This document shows positions 7,413-17,661 of a stretch of 64,000 bases of DNA, piece by piece. Every line of letters starts with the position of its first letter. Positions within the stretch are counted from its first letter, which is position 1. A program made the translations under genes and the position numbers. Source of the DNA: Alphaproteobacteria bacterium (GTDB lineage: Bacteria > Pseudomonadota > Alphaproteobacteria > Caulobacterales > Maricaulaceae); NCBI GenBank assembly GCA_018222865.1, contig JAAEZM010000003.1:70795-134794 (forward strand). The letters are read 5' to 3'. Below the pieces are notes generated by a model, which was given only the letters and a program-made list of their open reading frames with translations, was not told where the DNA came from and searched no databases.

Positions 7413-8690
7413 CTAAGCGGCGGTTTCCAGCTTCAATCCGCGGAGCAAGCGAGGCGGGTCTCCCGTCTCGCCGCCGGCCTGACGCATGAAGAAACGCCGC
7501 GCTGGCGGGATCTTGTTGACCAGCGACAGGCCCAGACCGCGAAGTTGCCGAACCGGTTCGATATCGTTGGAGAAAAGGCGGGTGAACATATCCGTGCCAA
7601 CAGCCAGGGTCGCACTGTCGAAAGCGCGCCAATCTTGATAACGCTGCAATGTCGTCGGCGCACCCAAGGCCAAGCCACACCGCTTGGCTTCGCCACACAC
7701 CTCGGCGAGGGCCGCAGCATCGCGAATACCCAGATTAAATCCCTGGCCAGCAATCGGGTGGATACCGCGCGCGGCATCGCCAAGAAAGGCGATCCGCTCG
7801 CGATAAAACGTCTCGCCATAGCGAAGGCCCAGCGGGTAGCTGAAACGCGGGCCAACAGGCTTCACACCACCTAGAAAATCGCCAAAACGGTTTTCCAGCT
7901 CTGCTTGAAACACTTCATCGGAGGCCGCAATCAGCGCATCAGCCGTTTCATCGCGCTCTGTCCAGACCAGAGATGATCGATTGTCAGGAAGTGGCAAGAT
8001 CGCGAAAGGTCCCGATGGCATGAAGTATTCATAGGCGACACCGGCATGGGGCTGCTCGTGCTGAACCGTGCAGACCACACCTTTCTGGCCATAACTCCAG
8101 CCGAAGGTTCGCACACCTTCGCGTACCCGCGTGCGCGAAAACTTGCCATCGCAAGCCACGAGCAGTTCTGCGTTCAGCCGTCGCCCATCATCCAGCCAGA
8201 CACTTGCCCCATCCGAGAGCGTTTCGTGATTGACGACTTTTGCCGGAGCGACAGCCATAATCCTGTCACGGTTTTTGAGCACGCTGATGAGTGCGTGACG
8301 GGTATGACGGTTCTCCGCCATCCAGCCAAGAGGTTCACCATCAGGACCTTCGGAAATCTCTCGGCGGTCAAAATGCAGCGTGTGCGGCCCCGGCCCTCCC
8401 GGACGGGTTCCGCCATACGGACGACCGTCGCAAACGAGAATGTGTTCAATACGTTGCGCGTGGGGGCGCAGATGATCGGCGACGCCAAGGGCTTCGAACA
8501 TGCGCCAGGATGTATAGGCAAGCGCCGAAGATCGCCCATCATATTCCGGGTCGAGCCGGTCTTCCATGGGCAGGCTGTCGACCACAGCCACATCAAGTCC
8601 GGCCTGCTCAAACGCAAGAGCCAGCGTCAATCCCGCCAGCCCGCCTCCGATAATCACGGCATCGCCGTCAAAGATAATCTCTTCCGTCAT
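7413..8690 (-). CDS. UbiH/UbiF/VisC/COQ6 family FAD-dependent ubiquinone-biosynthesis hydroxylase
   Basis: DAVIIGGGLAGLTLALAF (FAD dinucleotide fold) and GDAARGIHPIAGQGFNLGIRD. ATG 8690 is preferred over the TTG at 8720. Confidence 0.85.
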   Translation of the reverse strand: MTEEIIFDGDAVIIGGGLAGLTLALAFEQAGLDVAVVDSLPMEDRLDPEYDGRSSALAYTSWRMFEALGVADHLRPHAQRIEHILVCDGRPYGGTRPGGPGPHTLHFDRREISEGPDGEPLGWMAENRHTRHALISVLKNRDRIMAVAPAKVVNHETLSDGASVWLDDGRRLNAELLVACDGKFSRTRVREGVRTFGWSYGQKGVVCTVQHEQPHAGVAYEYFMPSGPFAILPLPDNRSSLVWTERDETADALIAASDEVFQAELENRFGDFLGGVKPVGPRFSYPLGLRYGETFYRERIAFLGDAARGIHPIAGQGFNLGIRDAAALAEVCGEAKRCGLALGAPTTLQRYQDWRAFDSATLAVGTDMFTRLFSNDIEPVRQLRGLGLSLVNKIPPARRFFMRQAGGETGDPPRLLRGLKLETAA

Positions 8691-8798
8691 GAGCGGGACA
8701 ATAATCCCTTCGCGCGCCAAGGAAAGCGGTCATCACGTCGCGGCCTGCTTCATCTTCTGTTAACCGCCCGGGAACCCTTGCGAGGCTAAATCCCTGTT

Positions 8799-11225
8799 AT
8801 GAGTAAGCGTACTGAGCAGACTCCGGAGGAAACCGGTCCGAATCCACCGCGCTGGCGCATGCGAGCGGTCGATGTGATATTCGGTCTGATCCTATCGCTT
8901 GGCGGGCTGGCCTTGCTGGTCGCCCTCTTGTCCTACCACCCGCTTGATCCGAGCTGGAATGTGGCTTCGGAGGGAGAGGTGCGGAACCTGCTCGGCAGGC
9001 AGGGGGCATCACTGGCCGATATCGCTCTGCAGACCGCGGGCTGGGCCGCCGCTATTCCCGCGATTTTCTGGATGATCTGGGGCGCCATCATGGTCTGGCG
9101 CATGCCACGCTATAAACCCGCCACCATCGCCGTGACGCGCTGGTTATTTGGCTTCATCGCCATGCTGGGCTTCGCCATGACGGCCAGCGCCCTGCCGATC
9201 CCGGCAACCTGGCCCTTCCCCACAGCTCTGGGCGGTACGGTGGGTGATGCACTTTTGAGCCTTGTTCAAAGCGGCCCAGACGCACTCGACCTGCCAGCCG
9301 CTAAATCCCTGGCGGGTCTTGTGGGTGTTTTGATCACAGTATTTGGCCTGGTCCTGACATTCGGCCTGCGCACCCGCGATGTGGGCTCTGCGGTGGATGT
9401 TGCCGGCCTCGCCTGGGCGACGCTTCGCGTGTGGATTGACGCGATTGCTGGATTGGGCCCATCGCTGGGTCGTTTGTTTGCTGGTCGCGATGAGGCCGAT
9501 GAAACACCCCAGCGGGAGGAGCCCACGCTGCGAAAAGCCATGCGTGCCGCGGCCAGCCCGGCCACCGCGACGGCCAAGGCCGATGATGATCCCGTTACGG
9601 AGCCGGAAGCTGATATCGCGTCCGCGGCCGCCCACGTCAAAGTATCTGCCGGCAAGAAAGCCAAGAAATCGGACCGGGACACGCGAGAAGCCCAGGGCGC
9701 TCTGCCGTTTGCCAAATCCAAAGGCTTCAAGCTTCCACGCCTCGACCTTCTTGCCAAACCCGCGCTTCGAAGCGATGCCGTCGATGAGGCGGGCCTGCGC
9801 CAGAATGCCGAGCTATTGCAGGGTGTTCTGTCTGATTTCGGCGTGAAGGGCGAGATCGTCCATGTGCGGCCCGGGCCTGTTGTCACGCTCTATGAATTCG
9901 AACCCGCTCCGGGTGTGAAATCATCCAGGGTGATTAATCTGGCCGATGATATCGCGCGCTCGATGAGCACCACAGCCGCGCGTGTCGCCGTTGTTCCCGG
10001 ACGCAATGCGATCGGGATTGAGCTGCCCAATGCCCAGCGCGAGACCGTTTTCCTGCGCGCTCTTTTGAATGCAAAATCCTTTGAGGACACAAAGGCAGAA
10101 TTGCCTCTGGCGCTGGGGGAAACGATCGGCGGTGAGCCTTTTGTGGCCGATCTTGCCCGCATGCCTCACCTCTTGATCGCAGGAACGACCGGTTCAGGTA
10201 AATCGGTCGGTATCAATGCGATGATCCTGTCGCTGCTCTACCGACTGCCACCGGCAGAGTGCCGCATGATCATGATCGACCCCAAAATGCTGGAATTGTC
10301 TGTCTATGACGGCATCCCGCATCTTTTGACGCCCGTCGTCACCGATCCGAAGAAAGCGGTCGTCGCCCTGAAATGGGCGGTCCGCGAAATGGAAAGCCGG
10401 TATTTACGCATGTCCAAAATCGGCGTGCGCAATATCAGCGGTTTCAATGAACGCGTCGCTGACGCGCTGGCAGCGGGAGAGACCCTGTCTCGCACCGTCC
10501 AGACTGGATATGACAAAGAAACCGGTGAGCCCGTCTTTGAAACGGAAACGATCGAGGCGGAAAAAATGCCTTACATCGTGGTGATCATCGACGAGATGGC
10601 CGATCTGATGCTGGTCGCCGGCAAGGAGATCGAGGCTGCTGTTCAGCGTTTGGCGCAGATGGCGCGCGCCGCAGGCATTCACCTTGTGACCGCAACACAG
10701 CGTCCGTCCGTGGATGTCATCACCGGTACAATCAAAGCGAACTTCCCAACCCGGATCTCCTACTCCGTCACCTCGAAGATCGACAGTCGAACTATTCTCG
10801 GGGAACAAGGCGCAGAGCAACTCCTGGGCATGGGCGATCTGCTCTATATGGCCTCAGGCGGCCGACTGCGTCGATTGCACGGCCCCTTTGTCTCTGATCG
10901 TGAAGTTGAAGATGTTGCCAGCTTCCTGAAAAAGCAGGGCGCGCCAGAATATCTCGAGGCGGTCACGGCCGGCGGCGAGGAGGATGATCAAGACGGCATT
11001 CCTGGAATGGAGGGCGAGGGCTCCGGAGATACGCTTTTTGATCAGGCAGTGGCCCTGGTCGCCCGGGACCGCAAGGCCTCGACCAGCTATATCCAGCGAC
11101 GCTTGTCGATCGGCTATAACCGGGCAGCAACCTTGATCGAGCGTCTGGAAGAAGAGGGCATGATTGGCCCCGCCGATCATGCGGGTCGCCGGGAAATCTA
11201 CTTGCCAGAGCCCACCGACGAATAA
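8799..11225 (+). CDS. ftsK: DNA translocase FtsK
   Basis: N-terminal membrane segments, an acidic/Ala-rich linker, motor domain with [21 protein letters not shown] (Walker A) and [13 protein letters not shown], and a C-terminal gamma wHTH ([24 protein letters not shown]). Confidence 0.97.
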   Translation: MSKRTEQTPEETGPNPPRWRMRAVDVIFGLILSLGGLALLVALLSYHPLDPSWNVASEGEVRNLLGRQGASLADIALQTAGWAAAIPAIFWMIWGAIMVWRMPRYKPATIAVTRWLFGFIAMLGFAMTASALPIPATWPFPTALGGTVGDALLSLVQSGPDALDLPAAKSLAGLVGVLITVFGLVLTFGLRTRDVGSAVDVAGLAWATLRVWIDAIAGLGPSLGRLFAGRDEADETPQREEPTLRKAMRAAASPATATAKADDDPVTEPEADIASAAAHVKVSAGKKAKKSDRDTREAQGALPFAKSKGFKLPRLDLLAKPALRSDAVDEAGLRQNAELLQGVLSDFGVKGEIVHVRPGPVVTLYEFEPAPGVKSSRVINLADDIARSMSTTAARVAVVPGRNAIGIELPNAQRETVFLRALLNAKSFEDTKAELPLALGETIGGEPFVADLARMPHLLIAGTTGSGKSVGINAMILSLLYRLPPAECRMIMIDPKMLELSVYDGIPHLLTPVVTDPKKAVVALKWAVREMESRYLRMSKIGVRNISGFNERVADALAAGETLSRTVQTGYDKETGEPVFETETIEAEKMPYIVVIIDEMADLMLVAGKEIEAAVQRLAQMARAAGIHLVTATQRPSVDVITGTIKANFPTRISYSVTSKIDSRTILGEQGAEQLLGMGDLLYMASGGRLRRLHGPFVSDREVEDVASFLKKQGAPEYLEAVTAGGEEDDQDGIPGMEGEGSGDTLFDQAVALVARDRKASTSYIQRRLSIGYNRAATLIERLEEEGMIGPADHAGRREIYLPEPTDE

Positions 11226-11259
11226 CCTGCCAAGCCGTGACTGATGAGGGGATGATGTC

Positions 11260-12096
11260 ATGCTGATCACTATGTCCAGCCTTATCCTAGCAGCGTCCGC
11301 ACCGCATTGCGGACCCGGTCATCCCAGCATGATTGAGGCATGGCGAACCGATGGCTTCGCAAATCCAGAGAGCGTGATCAGTGATGGTCAGGGCGGTTTT
11401 TTTGTCTCCAATGTCAATGGCGGCGGATCCGACCGGGATGGCAATGGCTTTATTGCCCGCATCAACGCCTCAGGTGAGATCACCGACCTTGATTGGGTCT
11501 CCGGGCTTGATGCACCAAAAGGACTGGCACGAACCCAAGACCGCCTCTTCGCCACAGATATCGATCAACTCATTGAGGTCGATCTTGCAACCGGCAGGGT
11601 CATTGCGCGCCACCCGATCGAGGGCGCTCAATTCCTCAATGATGCCGCTGCGCTCCCCGACGGGGAAATCCTTGTCTCCGACAGCGCCGGAGACCGGATC
11701 TACAGCTTTGATGCGGGTGTGATCTCGATCTGGATGGAGGGCGAACATCTCGATGGGGTGAACGGGCTTTTGCCTGAAGAGGGCCGGCTACTCGTGACCA
11801 CCATGGCCCGGGGCGAATTGCTGGCGATCGATTGGGACAGCCGATCGGTCGAGGTTCTGGCAACCGGCCTGACCAATGCTGACGGTATCGCTCGCTGGTG
11901 CGATGGATATATCCTCGCGCAATGGCCGGGGATTGTTTCGCACATATCCGCGCGTGGCCGGGTGCGCACACTTCTGGACCAGACAGAGGCGGGCGTGCTG
12001 ATGAATGACATCATTATCGACGGCTCGACTCTCCTCATTCCCAACTGGAATCCCGGCAGCGTCTGGGCCTTCCAGCTGACCTCTTTGATGCACTAA
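11260..12096 (+). CDS. beta-propeller-like protein (SMP-30/NHL/strictosidine-synthase-like), possibly exported
   Basis: Repeated short DG/D-rich blade-like motifs ([54 protein letters not shown]). Family assignment is tentative. Confidence 0.5.
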   Translation: MLITMSSLILAASAPHCGPGHPSMIEAWRTDGFANPESVISDGQGGFFVSNVNGGGSDRDGNGFIARINASGEITDLDWVSGLDAPKGLARTQDRLFATDIDQLIEVDLATGRVIARHPIEGAQFLNDAAALPDGEILVSDSAGDRIYSFDAGVISIWMEGEHLDGVNGLLPEEGRLLVTTMARGELLAIDWDSRSVEVLATGLTNADGIARWCDGYILAQWPGIVSHISARGRVRTLLDQTEAGVLMNDIIIDGSTLLIPNWNPGSVWAFQLTSLMH

Positions 12097-12185
12097 AAAA
12101 CCCCAATTATTGTAGTATCAAAGAAAAACCAGGTGTTAACCAAACAAGGCGCAAGACTCATCTCCTGTCTCGGATAAAGGAGCCG

Positions 12186-13661
12186 GTGATGAAACTTTTC
12201 TCGCATGCAGACCGCCGCATGGCCGCGATCAATAAGACCTATGCAGTCATCGAGTTTGATCCGACGGGCCAGATCCTTCATGCAAACGAAAATTTCCTCT
12301 CGGCGATGGGTTACCAGCGACACGAAGTGGTCGGGAAACACCATCGGATATTCGTGGACGCAGACTACGCGAGTAGCCCCGAATACGCTGATTTCTGGAA
12401 GACACTGGCCCACGGCGAAACGCTCGCATCGGAGTTTCGCCGCTTTGCAAAGGGCGGCCGCGAAATCTGGATTGAGGCGAGCTATTCACCGGTCTTCAAT
12501 AGCAAGGGTGAGGTCGAGCGCATCATCAAGCTGGCGGTGGATATCACAGAGAAGCGCCTTACGCGTTTTGATTACGAAAGCCAGATCGCCTCTATCAATG
12601 AAACGCGCTGTGTGATCGAGTTCGACCTTCAAGGCCATATTCTCCGCGCCAATCAGAATTTCCTCGACTTCATGGGCTATTCGGAAGACGAGCTTATCGG
12701 CAAACACCATCGCATGTTTTGCCTGCCCGATTATGCCGCGTCGCAAGACTATGCGGACTTCTGGGCCCGTCTTGGCAAGGGTGAGGCTCATGCAGGTGAA
12801 GTGCACCGTCAGAACAAGGCAGGCGATGAGATTTGGCTGCTCGCCAGCTATAATCCGATCCGGGGCCTTGATGGTAAGCCCGCGAAAATCGTCAAGCTCG
12901 CGTCTGATGCTACAGACATGGTCAAGAAGCGAGTGGAGCGCGAGACCATTCAACAGAGCATTCTTGATGAAATCGACGTTGTCAGCTCCCATGTCCGCTC
13001 ATCGCGCGAACAGGCCGCAGAGGCTGTTCATTCCTCTGATGATGCCGCCCAGAATGTCACCTCAGTCGCCGCCGGTGCTGAAGAGCTGGCGGCATCTTTT
13101 GTCGAGATCAATCGCAGCGTGACCGACACGATGCACATTGCCAAAAACGCCGTCGACCAAGCAGCACAGACCGGCGAGATCATCGGCTCCCTGTCAGAAG
13201 CGGCCGGCGCGATTGGCCAGGTCGTTGAGATGATCAATTCGATTGCCGATCAAACCAATCTCCTTGCTCTTAATGCGACAATTGAAGCGGCGCGTGCCGG
13301 TGAGTCCGGCAAGGGCTTCGCTGTCGTTGCCAATGAAGTCAAAGGCTTGGCTGGACAGACCTCGCAAGCCATCGGGGATATTTCAGATCAGATTAGTGCC
13401 GTGCAGACGCGCACTGAAGACGCTGTTGGCGCCATTGGCAGCATTAGCGAAACCATCGCCCGGATCGAAGAGATCGCCACCACCGTGGCTTCGGCGGTGG
13501 AAGAGCAATCTGCCGTGACCCAGGATATCAGCGCGTCCATGCAGACCGCCTCTCGCAGTGTATCCGAGGTGTCCTCATCGGTCCGTCATATCTCGGATGC
13601 AACGGAAGCTGTCGATCGCTCCGCCGATACAATGCAAAGCGCAGCCGCAAGACTGGGCTAA
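12186..13661 (+). CDS. soluble methyl-accepting chemotaxis protein with tandem PAS domains
   Basis: Two paralogous PAS blocks ([23 protein letters not shown]...GKHHRIF and [23 protein letters not shown]...GKHHRMF). Highly conserved MCP signalling hairpin [40 protein letters not shown]. No transmembrane segment. Confidence 0.9.
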   Translation: MMKLFSHADRRMAAINKTYAVIEFDPTGQILHANENFLSAMGYQRHEVVGKHHRIFVDADYASSPEYADFWKTLAHGETLASEFRRFAKGGREIWIEASYSPVFNSKGEVERIIKLAVDITEKRLTRFDYESQIASINETRCVIEFDLQGHILRANQNFLDFMGYSEDELIGKHHRMFCLPDYAASQDYADFWARLGKGEAHAGEVHRQNKAGDEIWLLASYNPIRGLDGKPAKIVKLASDATDMVKKRVERETIQQSILDEIDVVSSHVRSSREQAAEAVHSSDDAAQNVTSVAAGAEELAASFVEINRSVTDTMHIAKNAVDQAAQTGEIIGSLSEAAGAIGQVVEMINSIADQTNLLALNATIEAARAGESGKGFAVVANEVKGLAGQTSQAIGDISDQISAVQTRTEDAVGAIGSISETIARIEEIATTVASAVEEQSAVTQDISASMQTASRSVSEVSSSVRHISDATEAVDRSADTMQSAAARLG

Positions 13662-13734
13662 CGCTCCGATCGCCTGATGCAAAGATGAACACTTCGGTCT
13701 TGCTCCCGCCGCAATACCGGTTCAGCTTGCGCCT

Positions 13735-14406
13735 ATGATTACGATGTTTATGACCGCCCTGATGATGCAGGCAGCCACTGAGCAGCCTGTAGTAAGTGAT
13801 GCCCCGGCATCAGCTGAAACGGAAGTGATTGCGCAGGACACAGGGCTCGACCGGGCCAATGTTCTGACGGGGATTAATGGCTATCTGAACTCTATTGATA
13901 CCTTGCGGGCGCGCTTCATGCAGATTTCACCGCAGGGGCAGGTCATCGGCGGGCTCTTATCCATCGACCGGCCGGGTCGGCTGCGGTTTGAATATGATGA
14001 TCCCAGCCCGATTTCCGTGATCGCTGACGGCACGACCGTCGCCATGCAGGACCGCGCGCTAGAGACGGTGGATCGCGCTCCGATCCGGTCTACCCCATTA
14101 TGGTGGCTGCTGAAGGAAGAGATCGATGTCGAGGCGGATGCCCAAATTGTCTCTCTTATCTCCGATCAAGGCCTGACCTTTTTGATCGTACGGGATCCGA
14201 ATGGTGAGATGGAAGGCCAAATCCAGTTTGTCTTTGAAGGCGAGGATTTTGTGCTTCGTGAGTGGTATGTCACGGATGCGCTCGGTCAGATCACGAGAAT
14301 TATCCTTGAAGATCAAGAGACTGGAATGGATCTAAGTCCCCGTCTTTTTGTCATTCCCGAGCCCGAAGACCGGCGTGATTCGCGTCGTGGGCGCGGAAGG
14401 GGCTGA
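13735..14406 (+). CDS. lolA: LolA-family outer-membrane lipoprotein carrier protein
   Basis: LRARFMQISPQGQVIGGLLSIDRPGRLRFEYDDPSPISVIADG is LolA-like. It lies downstream of ftsK, as in many Proteobacteria. Confidence 0.75.
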   Translation: MITMFMTALMMQAATEQPVVSDAPASAETEVIAQDTGLDRANVLTGINGYLNSIDTLRARFMQISPQGQVIGGLLSIDRPGRLRFEYDDPSPISVIADGTTVAMQDRALETVDRAPIRSTPLWWLLKEEIDVEADAQIVSLISDQGLTFLIVRDPNGEMEGQIQFVFEGEDFVLREWYVTDALGQITRIILEDQETGMDLSPRLFVIPEPEDRRDSRRGRGRG

Positions 14407-14600
14407 TGCTTTTTTACCACAGGCAATTCCTTTCTCATTTTTTATTTGCAGAATTATAGAAGCTGTGGCCCTATGGTGACGCTGACTGAAGGGCGACATG
14501 GATCGGCGTCGTCCCCCCGCTTGCGGATCCGCCCCGACAGTCGCGCCGGACTGATCCCCTCCCGGCGCTGCGCTGCAGAACAAATTTAGGCGCATAGCAC

Positions 14601-14643
14601 GCGCCCGGCCTCCTTCCCCCTCGAGGCCGGGCGCTTTTCATTT
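14601..14643 (+). terminator. strong intrinsic terminator (end of a candidate sRNA or a long lolA 3' UTR)
   Basis: Perfect 12-bp stem GCGCCCGGCCTC (14601-14612) / GAGGCCGGGCGC (14623-14634), loop CTTCCCCCTC, then TTTTCATTT. Confidence 0.65.
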
Positions 14644-14699
14644 GGGCCTTTATCACCCGCCCTATGGGAAAACCCTCAGAGCGAGGCTAAATAAGCGCC

Positions 14700-15308
14700 A
14701 TGCAATTTAACTCCGACGCCGACGAACCCGATATTCCACGCCTGCTAGAGGAAATCCCGCTCCTTTATCGCGTGCGCGCCTTTTCAGACAGCCTGAACGC
14801 CAATACCTGGTTCTCAAGGCTGGGCGAGCCGTTAGATGAGCGCGAAGCCCATCTCGCGCGGCTTTATCTGGACGGGCTGGGTTTTCCTGAAGCCGAGCCA
14901 GCTGTCGTCACCAGCTGGAATGATGCTGCAATTGCCGCCGAGACGCTTGATCGCGACCCTCTTGGCTGGGAAGCAGAGGAAATGTTGCGGACCGGCCTTG
15001 TCTCCGCAGCCCTGGAACGGCTGGACGAACAGGCTGTGACAACGGCACTGGCAATGGTCGCACAGCGCACAGGTGATACAGCTCGCGATGCTGTCGAGGA
15101 CGCCGCGGCACTCTCTGATGTCGGTGATCTGGATCTGGTTCACGCCGCTGCCGGCGCCCTGGCCCAGGCTGCCAATGGCGCAGCCCTGGTTGTCATGGCC
15201 GAAGCCGAGAATGACGAGGAGCCGCATCCATTTCTGGCACGCTGGCGGCTGTTTGCGCGGGGTCGCTGGCCGATCGGGCTGGCCGGTGCCACCTATAATA
15301 TCCTCTAG
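14700..15308 (+). CDS. hypothetical acidic protein (202 aa)
   Basis: ATG-initiated ORF filling the gap upstream of xthA. No domain recognised. Confidence 0.5.
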   Translation: MQFNSDADEPDIPRLLEEIPLLYRVRAFSDSLNANTWFSRLGEPLDEREAHLARLYLDGLGFPEAEPAVVTSWNDAAIAAETLDRDPLGWEAEEMLRTGLVSAALERLDEQAVTTALAMVAQRTGDTARDAVEDAAALSDVGDLDLVHAAAGALAQAANGAALVVMAEAENDEEPHPFLARWRLFARGRWPIGLAGATYNIL

Positions 15309-15387
15309 AGCTGCGCGCTGATGCGCTGGAAGGCGAATTACTACATGCCTTCACCTCTGCCCTTCGAAACACCGACAAGGAAGACGC

Positions 15388-16197
15388 ATGACCGGTTTTT
15401 CAATCGCCACCTGGAATATCAACTCCGTTCGCCTGCGCGCACCCCTCGTCGCGGAATGGGTGAAGCTGGCCGACCCGGACGTGCTCTGCCTTCAGGAAAT
15501 CAAATGCCAAAATCATGAATTTCCGGAAGAGGCCTTTCGAGAAATGGGCTTCAGTCACTTCCATGTGCGCGGCCAGAAGGGCATGCATGGTGTCGCCATC
15601 GCCTCAAAACTGCCACTGGAAGATCTATCGGATGAAGGGCTGTGCCCGAAAGAAGAAGCCCGTCACCAGCGAGTTCGCGTCGAGGGCATAGAGCTGCACA
15701 ACTTCTACATTCCGGCGGGCGGCGATGAACCGGATCCAGAAACCAATCCGCGCTTCAAGCACAAGATGGAATTTCTTGAGCGGCTGGAGCGCTATTTTGG
15801 CGAACGCCGGGCGGAAAACCCCTCACTCATCCTCGTCGGGGACTTTAATATTGCCCCTTATGAGCACGATGTCTGGTCGCACAAGCAATTGCTCAAGGTT
15901 GTCAGCCACACACCGGTTGAGACCGAAGCGCTTGAACGTATCCGCCAGGCCGGAGAATTCGCGGATATCGCCCGTGAGCTCATTCCCATGGACGAGAAAG
16001 TCTACACTTGGTGGAGTTATCGTGCGCGGGACTGGCGGAAAGCCAATCGCGGCCGCCGTCTCGATCACATCTGGACCTCACCCAGCGTCAAGGAACAGGC
16101 GATCGCCAAGGGCCGGGATGGCTTCAAGATCTGGGAAGACCTCCGCGGCTATGAAAAGCCGTCAGATCACGCGCCGGTCGTGCTGCAACTGGGCTAA
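15388..16197 (+). CDS. xthA: exodeoxyribonuclease III
   Basis: IATWNINSVRLR...DVLCLQEIKC, GDFNIAP and SDHAPVV are the hallmarks of the EEP/AP-endonuclease family. Confidence 0.92.
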   Translation: MTGFSIATWNINSVRLRAPLVAEWVKLADPDVLCLQEIKCQNHEFPEEAFREMGFSHFHVRGQKGMHGVAIASKLPLEDLSDEGLCPKEEARHQRVRVEGIELHNFYIPAGGDEPDPETNPRFKHKMEFLERLERYFGERRAENPSLILVGDFNIAPYEHDVWSHKQLLKVVSHTPVETEALERIRQAGEFADIARELIPMDEKVYTWWSYRARDWRKANRGRRLDHIWTSPSVKEQAIAKGRDGFKIWEDLRGYEKPSDHAPVVLQLG

Positions 16198-16212
16198 TCC
16201 CGCCCAGGCGGC

Positions 16213-16899
16213 TCAGCTATGCAAGCGATAGCCACCGCTCTCTGTGACCAGAAGGCGGGCATGAGACGTGTCCGGCTCGTTCTTCTGGCGCACGCGATAG
16301 ATGTGCGTTTCCAGCTTGTGCGTGGTCACCGCAGGATTATAGCCCCAGACCTCATGTAGCAATTCATCGCGCGGGACCGGCTTCCCACCAGCCCTGTAGA
16401 GATATTTGAGGATATTGGTCTCTTTTTCGGTGAGACGGATCTTCTTATCCTCTTCCGTCACCAGGAGTTTCATGGCTGGGCGGAATTCATAAGGGCCAAC
16501 CTGGAAAACTGCATCCTCGCTCTGCTCATGGCTGCGCAAATGAGCGCGCACACGGGCCAGCAGGACCGAGAATTTGAACGGCTTGGTGACATAGTCATTG
16601 GCACCGGATTCCAGACCGAGGATCTGATCGGCATCCGTATCCTGACCGGTCAGCATTATGATCGGCGCCGTGATGCCATTCTTGCGCATCAGGCGGCACG
16701 CATCACGACCATCCATATCCGGGAGTTCTACATCCAACAGAATAAGGTCGGCGCGCTCTTCCTTGGCGCGGCTCATCCCGTCGCCAGCGACTCCAGCCTC
16801 AATCGTGCGGAATTCTTCGTGCAGGGCGAATTGTTCGGCCAGCGCTTCGCGGAGATCATCGTCATCATCGACGAGCAAGATGGTTTTTTGTGCACTCAT
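16213..16899 (-). CDS. OmpR-family response regulator transcription factor (CenR-like)
   Basis: Receiver domain (ILLVDDDDDL...DLILLDVELPDMDG...MLTGQ...KPF) plus a winged-helix domain. LTEKETNILKYLYRAGGKPV...LLHEVWGYNPAVTTH.LETHIYRVRQK resembles my memory of the alphaproteobacterial CenR group. ATG 16899 is preferred over the TTG at 16965. Confidence 0.85.
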   Translation of the reverse strand: MSAQKTILLVDDDDDLREALAEQFALHEEFRTIEAGVAGDGMSRAKEERADLILLDVELPDMDGRDACRLMRKNGITAPIIMLTGQDTDADQILGLESGANDYVTKPFKFSVLLARVRAHLRSHEQSEDAVFQVGPYEFRPAMKLLVTEEDKKIRLTEKETNILKYLYRAGGKPVPRDELLHEVWGYNPAVTTHKLETHIYRVRQKNEPDTSHARLLVTESGGYRLHS

Positions 16900-17154
16900 A
16901 CGTCTGACTATGCCTATTTCCTTCGGTAAGGCAAATTTTGCCGGGCGGTATAATCTACCCGGCAAACCTTACCGACCGTGACGCCTAGAACCAGCTATTA
17001 ACCCTCTGATTCACGGCCTGATTCTTGCTTTTACCCTGATAGCGCCCAGAGATGGGCACATCGTCCGTGGTGGGGGAGGCGAAAGGGCAGGCGTAAGCTT
17101 TAAGCTGCATGCAGCGCCCTCGCCGACCACCGCGAACCGCGCTAGACAAATCCC

Positions 17155-17661
17155 ATGGACTGGCTGGTTACAACTGACGGATACTTCACATTCCCCGACA
17201 AACGCGTGAGAGCCGCTTTGGGCCGCTCAGGCGCGGTGGATGAATCGCAGAAGCGGGAAGGTGATGGCGCCACGCCAACCGGGGCCTATCCGGTAAGGCG
17301 CGTGCTTTATCGGGCGGATCGTGGGGAGTGCCCGAGCACCGACCTGCCTGTCCGCCCCATTCACGCCGATGATGGCTGGTGTGATGCTCCAGAAGACCCC
17401 GCCTATAACCGCCCGGTACGCAAACCCTATGCAGCGTCACATGAGGATCTGATGCGCGAGGATGAGCTCTACGACATCATCCTCGTGCTCGGCCATAATG
17501 ATGACCCACCGCAAGCGGGACGGGGTTCGGCGATTTTCCTGCATTGCAAGCGCGGCGATTATGAGCCGACCGAAGGCTGCGTTGCACTGGCAAGGGAAGA
17601 CGTGAAGCGCTTTTTGTCCGAGGTTCAGCCTGGCGACCGTGTGGTTATTAAATCCGCCTAG
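17155..17661 (+). CDS. L,D-transpeptidase catalytic-domain (YkuD-fold) family protein without an obvious signal peptide
   Basis: GSAIFLHCKRGDYEPTEGCVAL contains the His...Gly-Cys catalytic signature of YkuD-type domains. Confidence 0.7.
   Translation: MDWLVTTDGYFTFPDKRVRAALGRSGAVDESQKREGDGATPTGAYPVRRVLYRADRGECPSTDLPVRPIHADDGWCDAPEDPAYNRPVRKPYAASHEDLMREDELYDIILVLGHNDDPPQAGRGSAIFLHCKRGDYEPTEGCVALAREDVKRFLSEVQPGDRVVIKSA

Noticed and set aside
14407-14699. Identification of the structured intergenic element as tmRNA (two-piece), SRP/4.5S RNA, 6S RNA, RNase P RNA or a known riboswitch
   Set aside because: I could not find the diagnostic motifs: a T-loop GGTTCGA with a tag ORF, GGAAGCAGCC-type SRP domain IV, GAGGAAAGTCC of RNase P, the B12 box, or the TPP/SAM-II/fluoride cores. 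The genomic context also does not fit. It is left as an unclassified candidate.
16899-16965. N-terminal extensions suggested by the ORF track (this one for the response regulator; likewise 2075-2168, 8690-8720, 18332-18383, 45801-45852, 47400-47436, 55670-55858, 59318-59375, 62334-62382)
   Set aside because: The extensions mostly start at TTG or GTG (two at upstream ATGs), overlap neighbouring genes or regulatory sites, and precede the positions where conserved N-termini of the respective families begin. Internal ATG (or SD-supported GTG) starts were preferred.
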